A stretch of 64,000 bases of DNA, taken from positions 34,110,304-34,174,303 of the forward strand of contig NC_092671.1 of assembly GCF_964355755.1 (NCBI RefSeq), written 5' to 3'. This document shows, in pieces, positions 37,750-49,500 of this stretch; positions within the stretch are counted from its first letter, which is position 1, and each line of letters begins with the position of its first letter. The notes below the pieces were generated by a model that worked only from the letters and a program-made list of their open reading frames with translations, was not told where the DNA came from and ran no database searches. The position numbers were made by a program, and so were the translations under genes. This DNA is from Antedon mediterranea. Its lineage: Eukaryota; Animalia; Echinodermata.

Positions 37750-39010
37750 GAACGGGCAAACAGTAAACAAAGAACGTAGTGTAGTGAAGCCAATCTTTTT
37801 GAAGGCTGATCAAATACCAACAGGAAAAAGCTTTTTCAAAGATGAAGACCTATGTATAGCCCTACTAAAAATAATTGCTGCAGAAAGTATAATCGGTGTT
37901 CAAAAAATACGGAACCTATGGCGAATTTATCTAAATAATAGAAATGATAGAGTGAAACTAATTACGAATGGACTAAACATTAGGAATTGTAATATTACAA
38001 TTCATGATAAAAATCCTTATTTGGCATACAACAACATGGAAACAACGAGAATAGTCATAAAGGATATACCATTATCGGTTGCTGACGTAGAGATTGCTAG
38101 CAAGTTGAAAGCGCTAGGATGCAAACCAATAGGAGATGTTACAAGGCTAAAAATAAGGGTTAATGGTCAATTAACCAGCTGGCTAAACGGTGACAGAGCT
38201 GTCGTTGTAGAAAAGCTAAAATCGCCAATACCAAGACAGATAATAATAAATGGTTTTAGAGCACGGGCTTTTCATGACGGTCCGGAAGTGAAATGCAACA
38301 AAATTAATGTACAAGGACTGGGCATTTAGCTTTTCAATGCAAAGCTGATATAATCTGTTTCAAGTGTCATTTACCAGGGCATACTAGGGACAGATGTAAT
38401 GTTGAAGCGCATAATGTTTTTAACTTTGAAAACCCAAAAAATAATAATGCTAACGATAACCACTACGGGAAAAGAGCTACGGTACAATTTGATACAAAAA
38501 CACATGATGAAGTGTTAGTATTGATGAAAGTAGTGAATCATCAGATGATGAAAATGCGCAGAAAGAAACAAGTGTGATCACTATAGAACAACACACAAAC
38601 CAAAATGAGCAGGAAGATGATGACAGAGAGGAGCAGAGAGAAGAGCAGGAAGTGGACGAAAGAGAGGAGGAGGAAGTTGAAGAAGGAGAGGAACAAGAAG
38701 TACCGGGAAGAAAGAACCAGAAAGCTGAAGAAAGAGAGGAGCAGGAAGTTGGGGAAGGAGAGGAGCATGAACAGAAGAAGGTAACTGACTACTTTGAAAA
38801 AAGTATACAAAAAACTAAAAGTGTTAGCACAAACAAGAAAGCAGTGAGAGATCTGAAGGAACAGTCCGGAAATGAAGGCAGGACAGAAGTAAAAACAAAG
38901 AGTATTGAAAAAAGAAGTTTAAGAAAGAGAAACAAAAACAAGTAATTTAATCTTAATAATATGTATTCTAAATATTGTAATTTCCCTAGGAAGCTCTTTA
39001 CTCTAATCTT

Positions 39011-42000
39011 ATGAATTTACATTGTATAACACTAAGCGTTAGAGGAGCTAGAAATATAAATAAGCAACATAAGCTATTCCAATGGGTAAAAGATCAAAAA
39101 GCGGATATATGTCTGCTTCAGGAAACCCATCTAACAAATGAGATTATTAATAAATCAAACTTTGTTTGGGAAGGTGAAGCGATCCATAGTATAGGTAATT
39201 CACATAGTAGAGGAGTGTCGATACTATTACGAAAAGGTCTTGAATGCAAAATTGTTAAAAAGTTAACTGATATTGATGGAAGATATATATTTCTTAATTT
39301 AATGATAAATGAAAAGGAATTGGACATTATAAATATTTTTGCTCCTAATGAAAGCAAAAATAGAAGTGCATTCTTTAGGACCATACACAAATGTTACAAT
39401 GACTTTGATGGAGGGAAGGGTAATTCTATCATTCTAGGTGGAGATCTGAATTGCATCATGAATAGTGACATTGACCAAAAAGGTAGCGCAAATAGGTCTG
39501 ATAAATCTGTTTTTACGATTAAAAACCTAATGAAAAATTTAAATTTAAATGATATTTGGAGATCCAAAAACATGAATAAGCGACAATTTACGTTGCGTAA
39601 GAGATTTAACAACATTTTCCGTAGGCTGGATTACTGGTTAATATCAGAAGATCTCTTTTCAAATGGAGATGTTTTAGCCTGTGACATTCGTCCAGCTATT
39701 CTCACAGATCACCAGGCGGTATCAATTAAAATAGATTTGCATGAAAAAATACGCGGTCCTGGTTTATGGATGTTCAACAATAGCTTTCTGAAAGATGAAA
39801 TATTTACAAAATTAGTAATTAAAATAATTGATGTTTCAATACTAAAAAATAATAGAGAACCTGTAAGTGCAAGTTTGTTATGGGAGCTTGTAAAAACAAA
39901 AATAAAAGAATTTTCAATAATTGCATACGGAAAACAAAAAAATAAAAACCAGAATAAAAAGAAAGAAAAATTACAAAAACAAATAAAAAACTTAAATGAA
40001 ACAATTATGAATACTCAAAATTGTGATATAACCATTGAAAATAAAATTGAAAACAAAAAAATAGAGCTTGAAAACATTTATATGTAGAAGCAAAAGGCGC
40101 GCAAATTAGGTCCAGAGTAAAATGGATCGAGGAAGGCGAGCGGAATACAAAATACTTTCTTGGGTTAGAAAGATCCAAAAGTAAAAAGAAACACATAAAA
40201 AGTTTAATTACTAAAGACGGGAGCTTAGCAACGAGCCCAATTGATATTTTAAAGGAACAAATACAACATTTCGAAGGTTTTATACGCAAAAAATGTTATA
40301 AACCCTGGAAAAATTAATAAATACCTTTGTAATTCTATTATAAACAAGCTTTCAGAAATAGAAAAAGAAATTGTGAAGGTTACGTCACTATTGATGAATG
40401 TAAAAAGGCCATTTCAATGATGGAAAAAAATAAAAAACCTGGATCGGATGGTCTAAGTGTTAAATTTTATGTGTTCTTTTGGAATAATATTAAACATTTA
40501 ATTTGCGATGCGTTAAATGAAAGTTATAATTCTCAAGAATTATCCTTGTCGCAAAAACGAGGTGTAATCACCCTTTTGTTCAAGGATGGAGAAAGAGATA
40601 ATTTGAATAATTGGCGTCCCATTACCCTCTTAAACACCGATTAAACAATTCTTGCACATGTATTAAGTAACAGACTTAAAATGGTTATTAAATCAATAGT
40701 AAGTTCAGACCAAAAAGGTTATATAAAATGCCGTTTCGCTGGTGAAAACATTCGGTTAATAGAAGACCTGCTTTATTATACAGAGTGTAATGATATCGAA
40801 GGGGCAATAATTACCGTAGATTTTAAGAAGGCTTTTGACTCTATTAGTAGAGATTTTATGTTCAATGTTCTAGAAAAGTTTAACTTTGGAATGTTTTTTT
40901 GTAACTGGATAAAAGTATTATACAATAACGTTGAAAGTGTCACAGTTAACAATGGTTGGGTTTCAAACAATTTTAAAATGGAAAGAGGTATTAGACAAGG
41001 TTGTCCTCTATCTGCTCTGTTATTCATTTTAGTGGTTGAAGTAATGGCATCTAGAATAAGAAACAAAGATGACTATAAGGGTATTAAACTTCCAAATAAT
41101 GAAAATAACATAGAAGCTAGAATAAGCCAATTAGCAGATGAAACTGTTTTGTATGTTGGTAATGACAAAAGTATTAAGTCAGCAGTCAGTGTAATTGAAC
41201 GTTTTTGTGAAGTATCTGGAATGACACTAAATAAAAAAAAAACCAATGCTTTTTGGATTAGTAAATGGAAGAACAGAATAGATAGATCTTTAGAATTAAA
41301 TTGGGTAAAACACCCGATCAAAATTGTAGGCATATATGTAGGGTATAATACAGAAGAATGTACCAGAAAAAACTGGGATGTTAAATTAATAGAGCTAGAA
41401 AAGACTTAATAATAAGAATAATAATCCTGAAAAATCTTGCACTATCTAAATTAACATATGCTGCAAATATCACTGATGTTCCAAAATATGTATATACACA
41501 AGTTACAAATCTAATATATAATTTTATTTGGAACAATAAAAGGGAAAAGATAAAAAGAAAACTCTAATTGGTGATGTTGAGATGGGAGGCATTAAAATGC
41601 CTGATTTTACTCTTCATGTTAACGCACTCATGTGTGGCTGGTTAAAAAGAATTATGAATGATGATGGTGCTGAATGGAAAAATATTCTAATGTATTATAT
41701 TAAAAAAATATGTGATGTTAATGTTTTACTTAATATGTCATGTTATAACATTATTGATGTTAATTCTGATAAAATTCCACTGTTTTACAAAAATATGATA
41801 AAGCCAACATAAATTATAACAGAATCTCTAAAAAAAAAACTGAAACTTATAACGATATAATGAATGAACAACTGTGGGGAAACCACTATGTTAAACTAAA
41901 AAAAAATCGCTTTTCTACAAGCATTGGATTGACAGTGGCATTATCAGTATTAAAGACATTGTTAATAAGAACACTTTTTTAACATCAAACGAAATACAAT

Positions 42001-42700
42001 GTAAAACAAACTGGTTAAATGAGTATTTGTGCATTATTAAGGCAATACCAATTCAATGGAAACGTATTATTAAGGAGGTAGATATTTTCAATTGTGATGA
42101 TAATGATGAATTAGTTGGGACCAAGTATGAGATTAATACTACCAAACTAATATACTCATGGTTTGTGAAAGAATATTTCATTATTCCAATGTCACAACTA
42201 AAATGGGAAGAGTACTTCAATGATAACAACATTGATTGGAAAACTTCTTGGTTACGGAAAGTATGTAAAATGAAAGATAAGAAACTAGCACAATTCAATT
42301 ATAAGATGTTACATAGAATACTGCCTACCAACAAACGGCTGTATCAGTGGAAAGTTAAGGAAACACAAACGTGTGACAAATGTGGAGAAATTGAAAATGA
42401 AAATCATTTGTTTTTTAGTTGTAGATTTATTCAGAAATATTGGAGGAAAATGCTTAGTATCTTTGTAAGTTTAAATCACAATAATATATCATTTAAACAA
42501 TTAGTACTAGGAACGGGAGATAAGCTAATAGATTATATTTACACTTTTGCAGCATTTACTATTTATAGAATAAAAATGTTATCTGCACAGTGGGTAAATC
42601 TTCATGGAATTCATTTAAAAGCAATATGTTATATAACATTGAGTGTGAAACATATAACAATAAAGAAACAAGTATAGAAAAATGGGTAGCTTTAAGAAAT
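39011..42700 (+). pseudogene. Tx1 ORF2 (APE-RT-zinc finger) with multiple frameshifts and stops
   Basis: ORF pieces at 39011, 40417, 40681, 41582 and 42027 are colinear with a Tx1 ORF2. Confidence 0.88.
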
Positions 42701-43339
42701 ACGATTATGATAATATAATTTCTAATTTGATACGATTAACAGAAAAAGAATTACAGTGATACGGGTTACTGGTGGTACTGAGCTATTATTGTTTTTTTTT
42801 ATCATGTATATAAATACATTGTATAATCCGGGTTGTAAAATAAAAACAAACAAATGAAAATGTGTGAACTATTTTAAAACGGGATAGATGATAATGGTGA
42901 TCCTGTCAAGTGTATAACAAAATATAAGAAAATTAATGAAAAAAGGAGTAATACAGAATTCATATATGTAAAAATGTTACTTATGAACTGTAACGACATT
43001 TACAAGTTAAATAATACGATTTTATGTAATATGAGATAATATGAATGTGAATAAAAGTGGTGTTTGCGGCAAAAAAGAGAGAAAAAAAATACAGTGTTCT
43101 TTTATGTTCTCAATACACATATGATTGACTTTCATCGAGGATTAGACACATTTAGTTTGCTTGATTTTACTGATTAAAGTGTCTATGGCAACAGTTTTGC
43201 CTTGAGATTAAAGACACCAGGTAAGTATATATTCCAGGATTTTATACTGTAATCATACTTCTAGTATCAAACACAATATAATTGCGGGAAATCATTTTGT
43301 TTTTTTAATTAGGAGGGGCGACATTGACGGACTTTAGAG

Positions 43340-43790
43340 TATGTCATCCCTCGACCAAACGATACTTTTTTTTTTAATTTGTTTTTTAAATGTACATGTA
43401 CTATGTTTATGTTGTTTTTGGTCGAAATAGGCCTAAATTGAGTCTGCCGAGATTGTTTCAATCTCACCATCCCCTAATAAAAAAAAATTTCTTTTACTTT
43501 ATTGGCCAACAAAAATAGGTTTAAAACGATTTCTATTGTCCAAATTGTATCTATAGCAAAAGGACTTTGCCACATATATTGTCGCCCCCGGTCAAATGAT
43601 GATACTTTTTTGTTGTTCTTTTATTTTTTTTTTAAATTTTTGATGCTGATTTTGGTCGAAATAAATTGGGTCTACCAAAATTATTTCAATCTCACCATCT
43701 CCTACTAAAATAAAATTTCTTTTACTTTATTGGCCAACAAAAAATGGGTTTAAAACGATTGATATTGTTCAAATTGTGACTCAGTTTAAA
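43340..43790 (+). repeat. Tandem duplication of an approximately 240-bp unit
   Basis: tttcaatctcaccatc..tttcttttactttattggccaacaaaaa occurs twice. Confidence 0.75.
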
Positions 43791-44619
43791 CGAACAGTAT
43801 CTAAAGCAAAATGTGGCACATGCAAGGGAAGTAGATAAGTCGAAATTTTCAAAATTGAGATTTTCACAAATACTAAAACTACATAATCCAAGATTTAAAA
43901 TGCTGAACAAATGTATTGATACCATGTCTACTTCCAGAGATATCTAAGTCTAAAATGTTGGCTGTTAAAACCAGTGTTTTGAGAAAAATGCTTTTAAATT
44001 TAAGTACAGTAACAGGAAATTACAAACACAAACAAATAAACAGGGCGTTTCAGTTTACGCCTTAGCAAAAACGTATTCTAATTGTTTTATTTCAATGAAA
44101 CTTCGCACTTTCCTCAATTAACTATTGTTCTATTATTATGCAAAATTTTCATTAAAATCAACCCACTGGAACACTTTCAATTTAAGCATAAAACATGATA
44201 GGTTTTATGAAAATCATGCATAATTTACACCCTCTTTTTAACCAAAATACCACACAAAATGTTAAAATTTATTTAATTGTCTAAAAATGTATTTATTTAT
44301 TTGTCTAAAAATGTATTTATTTATTTGTCTAAAAATATTTGTCTAAAAATAGAAAAACACCAAGGTAATGTAAATAAATGCTGTTTCAGCTATCCTTTTC
44401 TGTAAAAATAAAAACATTTAATATTCAGCCTTTTATTGTTTTTGGCTGTCTCTACAAATAGTCCAGGAGGGGGATATCACCACCCGATAGGGGACAAATT
44501 GCCATCCAACTTTTCTAGACCAGAATTTTCCGTAGATTACGAATATGAAAGGTAATCGATCAGGATAGGAAGCGTTTTCAAGATATAAGGGGTCAAAGTT
44601 CAAAATTGACCATTTCATT

Positions 44620-45645
44620 TCATTATTTATTTGGTCTATTTAAGTATATACAAAACAAAAAAACTGAAATTGGGGAGACCAGGGTCAACCTAAGTGAACT
44701 TAATCACTGTAGCTGAGCCGGTTGACCCAACCCCAAAGTCAGTTTACACATAAAAGACATAAAGACAAAATACAGTTACAGCGAATCAAAATGAATATGA
44801 ACTTTTCTAATGAAGGCTGATGGGCTTTATAGGACTGCAGCATCTGTCAACGGTCTGGGAAGCTGGTCCCAGACACGGGGTAACCTGATTGCTATAGAAT
44901 GGAAAAAAGCCTGTGTCCTTGATGCTTGATGTCTGAAGCACAAGCGATCATTGTGACGAGTATTTATTAAAATACAGTCATGAACTGTACTGCAGTCCAG
45001 AAACCCCACCAGAACCTTAAAACAAAGTATAATAAGAAATTTATCTCTTCTAACAGACAAAGATGAAACTGTAAGCAAATTTAACCTCTCCTCATAGCAC
45101 ATCTGTCCACGATGCTGTTTGAGAGAGCAAGACGAGTTGCTCTTCTATGGACCCCCTCAAGCTGATCTGACAAAGACTTCGTCCATGGAAACCAAGCAGG
45201 TCGCGCATACTCCAGACCAGGCAAAACAAGACTTTTTGTACAAAGACAAAAATGCACTGGTCGAAGCATGTCCAGCCACACTCCAAACAAAGCCCAACAT
45301 ACGTTTAGCTTTGGAAACAATGACATGGACATGGTCATCCCAGGTCAATTTTGAGTTAAAAGTAACACCAATGTATTTAAAAGATGTCACCGGACTAATA
45401 TGAGAGCCAAACAAAAGGTATTTAGACAAATGTCTGTTACGCGAACGTGTGACATGCAGGACATTCGTCTTCATAACATTGAAAGGCATGCGATTTGCTT
45501 GGCTCCACAGACCAAGTCGGTCCAGATCAGCTTGAAGGTTTAGAGAATCCTGAGGAGAGTTAATTTCATTATAAATAAGAGTATCATCGGCAAAAATAGC
45601 AGTTTTACATTTAAGTGAACAAATAATATCGTTAATAAAAAATAA
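44620..45645 (-). mobile_element. 5'-truncated CR1-group LINE fragment
   Basis: IFADDTLIY, LQADLDRL..W, YIGVTF..LTWDDH, LEYARPAW, RVWDQLP; frameshifted. Confidence 0.85.
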
Positions 45646-46055
45646 TATCGTTAATAAATCTATATCTATCTATATCTCTGGAAATTCTGGACCTAGTGAG
45701 ATAATTTTGGTGTCAAATTGTTCACAATGTATATGTTTATATTAGCTCTAACAGAACTTTCTTTGTAAAATTGACCGGAAACCCCATTTTTAGCAATTTT
45801 GACCTTTTACCTCTTTTTGCTATATCTAAGCAACGGCAGGTCGGAGAGAATTAAAAAAATAGGAGCAAATTGTTCCCAAGATATACATTTATATTCATTG
45901 TAACAGATGATATTGCTTGAAAATGACCGGAAGTGTGGTTATTAACCCTTGACATAATTGAATAAGGTTATAAAAACATAAATTAATAAATATTTTTGTG
46001 GATTTTTACTTTTATGTTAAACCAAGACAACAAAAAGGAATGAAATTACCTTCGT

Positions 46056-46088
46056 GACGTTTCGCCGACAATCTGTCAGCTGCTTCAG
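46056..46088 (-). ncRNA. Minimal hammerhead ribozyme motif in the Penelope terminal repeat
   Basis: CTGAAGC-A-gctgaca(gat)tgtcggc-GAAA-cgTC. Confidence 0.7.
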
Positions 46089-46089
46089 A

Positions 46090-47995
46090 CTAATGCCTGG
46101 GTTGGAATGGTCTGGTTTTTTGTAAGTGACGCTGAACAGCGCCACCAGCCGTCTGGTTGGTATTGACGGTAGAGCGTCTCCGCTGGCCCCCTCCTGCTTC
46201 AACTTTTTCCAGCAAACTATCATATGTATGTGGGAGGTCATACCCACCAATGTCTCTGTTGATATTATGTGGTCTTTTTCTTATGCAGATAGATTCTTTT
46301 ATTTTTCTTTTGTCTGTCTGTGCTTCTTTTTCAATAACTCTCGCATTCCAATTTGGAATATGGTCATTCCCTATAGCGTGGTCAGTTATGGCTGACTTAT
46401 GTAAAACCTTGGACGAAGAATTTCTATTAGCACGTGTTCTAACTACTTGGTTGTGTGTTGATACGTCTTTTTTATGTTCCCCAATTCTTGTATTCAGTGC
46501 CCTTCCGGTCTCTCCTATATATACTTTCTCACAGTTTAGACAGTTCACTTCGTATATAACCCCGCACATGTCTTCCGTTTTTATTCTATCTTTTGGGTGG
46601 ACTAGTCCATTCTTTAATTTATTACTTGGAATGAAGAAAGTGTTCACTTTGTGCTTAGCAAAAGTGCGTCGAATCTTTTCAGAAATTCCGTGTATGTATG
46701 GGATACCTATGTGAGCTTTCATCTTCTCCATTTCCTTTCTTTGGCGTTCTTCTGATTTGTTTATTGACTTTTGTTCTTTTCTCTTGTTTACGACTCTGTC
46801 TACTGACCATTTTGGATAGTTACAAATTTTCAATGCTTTTCTAATGTGTTCCAACTCATGTTTTTTATCTTTCTCTTCACTAACAATTGTGTCTGCTCTA
46901 TTCACTAACGTGTTAACCACGCTTAGTTTGTGTTCTAAGGGATGATTAGAGTGGAAGTCCAAGTATTGGTCGGTGTGAGTTGGTTTTCGGTATACCTTGG
47001 TAGCGAGTGTTCCATCTTGTTTAATCGTGATAATCATGTCCAAGAATGGTATTTGTTTCTCTGACATTATTTCTGTGGTAAACTTGATGTTGCCCGACGG
47101 GTCAATGCTATCAAGATGGCGATTGAGGGGGAGAGGTGCATCTTTATGGACAATGGCAAAAACATCATCAACATACCGTCTCCAAAAACGTGGTTTGATG
47201 GTTCTATCTGCGCTCTTAATGGCTTCCTCTTCTAACCATTCTAAATAGATATTCGCTATCAGAGGGCTTACCGGAGATCCCATTGCAATACCTTCGTGCT
47301 GTTCATAAATCTGTTGTTGAAATGTGAAATATGTCGCATTAATTAACTGGTAGATGAGTTCCATGATGTCTTCTACTGTTAATTTCGTTCTCTTATGTAG
47401 TGTTGTATCTTTTTCCAAGTATGATCTTACAACCTCCAAGGCTTGGCCTGTGGGTGTTTTTGTAAACAACGAGATGACGTCAAAAGACACCATCACCTCA
47501 TTTTCCAGGAGTATCAACTGTTTTAGGTCTTCCGCCAGTTCTTTCGCATTGGTCACATGATATTTACTTAGACCAACCAAGGGGCTTAACACCTCCTTTG
47601 CGATAAACTTAGACACGTGATAAAAAACAGAGTTGATGTTGTCAACAATAGGTCTGAGAGGCCAGTCAGGTTTATGGATTTTTGGCAGACAGTAAATTCT
47701 AGGTACTACCTCTGCGGTGGGGTACAAACTACATTTTTGTGCCCATGTGATCTTTTCTTCTTTTAAAAATCTACCCAGTGTCTTTATTAGTTTTTCCTTG
47801 TGTTTTTTGGTCGGATTGGTAGTCAACTTTCCATATACCTTTTTATCACTCAGCATTCGATTGACTTTATTTACATAATCCTCTGTGTTTATAACCACCG
47901 TTGCACGCCCTTTGTCAGCTGGCAATACCATCACTTCTTTATCTTTCTTTAACCCTTCTAAAGCATTTCTTTCTGTTCTACTTAAATTGGGCCAC
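46090..47995 (-). CDS. Penelope RT plus GIY-YIG endonuclease (N-terminally truncated)
   Basis: Uninterrupted frame; the annotated start at 48021 lies in the inverted tail. Confidence 0.9.
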
Positions 47996-48058
47996 AGGCT
48001 GGTGGCGCTGTTCAGCGTCACTTACAAAAAACCAGACCATTCCAACCCAGGCATTAGT

Positions 48059-48091
48059 CTGAAGCAGCTGACAGATTGTCGGCGAAACGTC
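48059..48091 (+). ncRNA. Second, inverted copy of the Penelope hammerhead motif
   Basis: Identical to the 46056-46088 copy. Confidence 0.7.
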
Positions 48092-48559
48092 ACGAAGGTA
48101 ATTTCATTCCTTTTTGTTGTCTTGGTTTAACATAAAAGTAAAAATCCACAAAAATATTATTTGGAACCAGATGAATTTATTCAATGTAATAAATATTTGT
48201 CGTAAGGAGCCAATTTTGGTATCAAATTGTTCATAATATATATGTTTATACTTGCCATAATGCAATATTTTTTTCAAAAAGTGACTGAAACACTATAGTT
48301 CTGTAATTTTAACCTTTGACCTGTTTTTCTCATCGAAATAACGACATGGCATAGAGATTTCTAACGGAAAATTGTTTATAATAGATATTTTTATTCAATC
48401 TAATTTGCTTTGAAATCCTGTACATAAGAGCCTATCGGGCGGATTTAATGCAAAGAGGTGTGGAAGGGGAATACTACTACTTATACAGTACAATGTCTTT
48501 CAGAAACATTTGAGCAATTTCATTCAGGTAGGCCTATCCATGTATCTCCAATAAACGGA

Positions 48560-49500
48560 ATATACGGCTCATAGAGAATCCAGAAGTTACCCTTGGTTAA
48601 TTTTGACAAATCCATATGGGTTCCTTTTAAAAGGATTGAGGGTGCACAGACAGGATTTTCCCATGGCTTAATATTGGAACCTACAGTTTAGTTACCCGAT
48701 ATATTTCTATATCGGGTAACCAGTAACTTATGTAGCCAAATGCATTGATCCGATACAGGGGCCAAATGTAGAACTGAACATATAGTAGAGAAGGGTCTAA
48801 ATAGATGACCTGCTGTTGTTTCATTTTAGGCAAAATCCAAATCGGTTCCTTAAGGATCGAGAGTGCACAAGCAGCTTTATTCCATGTGCCTGTCTATATA
48901 AACCCACATTGTCACCCCTTATATTTCCATTATGGGGCTTAATGTCCATCCATGGAGGACCGGCCTTTCGGGGGTTAATTTTGGCAAATCCATAAGTGTT
49001 CCTTAAGGATCGAGAGTGCACAGGCAGCTTTATTCCATGGGCAGCGCCTGTTTATATGAACTCACAGTGTCACTCCTTATATTTTTTCCATTATGGGGCT
49101 TAATGTCCATCTATGGATAACGACCGGCCCTTGGGTTAATTTGGGCAAATCCATAAAATGTTCCTTATGGATGATCGAGAGTGCACAGGGATATTTATTA
49201 TCTCTATGAAGATACAGTATTTCCAATATAGGGTCTCTTGTAGACCCACATAGAGAACCCCGAAAGGTCCATGAAGGATCGGCCCTTGGGTTCATTTGGG
49301 CAAATCCATAAATGTTATTTAAAGATTGAGGGTGAACATTTTAGTTTTATTCCATATTTCATCTATGAACTATTTACCCCATATTAATTTCTAATACAGG
49401 GCCTTATGTAGCACACCACATAGAGATCCCAAAAGGGTCCTTAGAGGGTTCATTCGGGCAAATCCATATGGGTTATTTTAAAATCTTTTGTGTGTACAGG
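48560..49500 (+). repeat. Degenerate tandem repeat of about 130-170-bp units
   Basis: Recurrent ggcaaatccata..ttcctta(a/t)ggatcgagagtgcacag motif, about 6 copies. Confidence 0.7.

Larger units (their letters stand above)
36564..43089 (+). mobile_element. Full-length degenerate Tx1 (L1 clade) non-LTR retrotransposon
   Basis: ORF1 from ATG 36723 with two CCHC knuckles (about 38295-38400) and an acidic tail; ORF2 from 39011 with APE (LQETH, GGDLN, RLDY, TDH), RT (NWRPITLLN, DFKKAFD, GIRQGCPLS, QLADET) and C-terminal CxxC..H..C; AATAAA and poly(A); TSD core tacagtg at 36557-63 and 43090-96. Confidence 0.92.
45989..48186 (-). mobile_element. Penelope-like element, 5'-truncated, with an inverted copy of its 3' end
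   Basis: Open RT (PKIHK, SFDVISLFT, MGSPVSP, RYVDD, VYRKPT) and GIY-YIG (GVIYEVNC..CEKVYIGETGR); 45989-46150 inverted at 47997-48158; 12-bp TSD taataaatattt at 45984-95 and 48187-98. Confidence 0.93.

Noticed and set aside
38574-38945. Standalone acidic protein
   Set aside because: It is the low-complexity C-terminus of Tx1 ORF1.
47885-48130. ORFs sharing LVALFSVTYKKPDHSNPG with 46017-46250 as a duplicated gene
   Set aside because: They result from the inverted Penelope terminal repeat.
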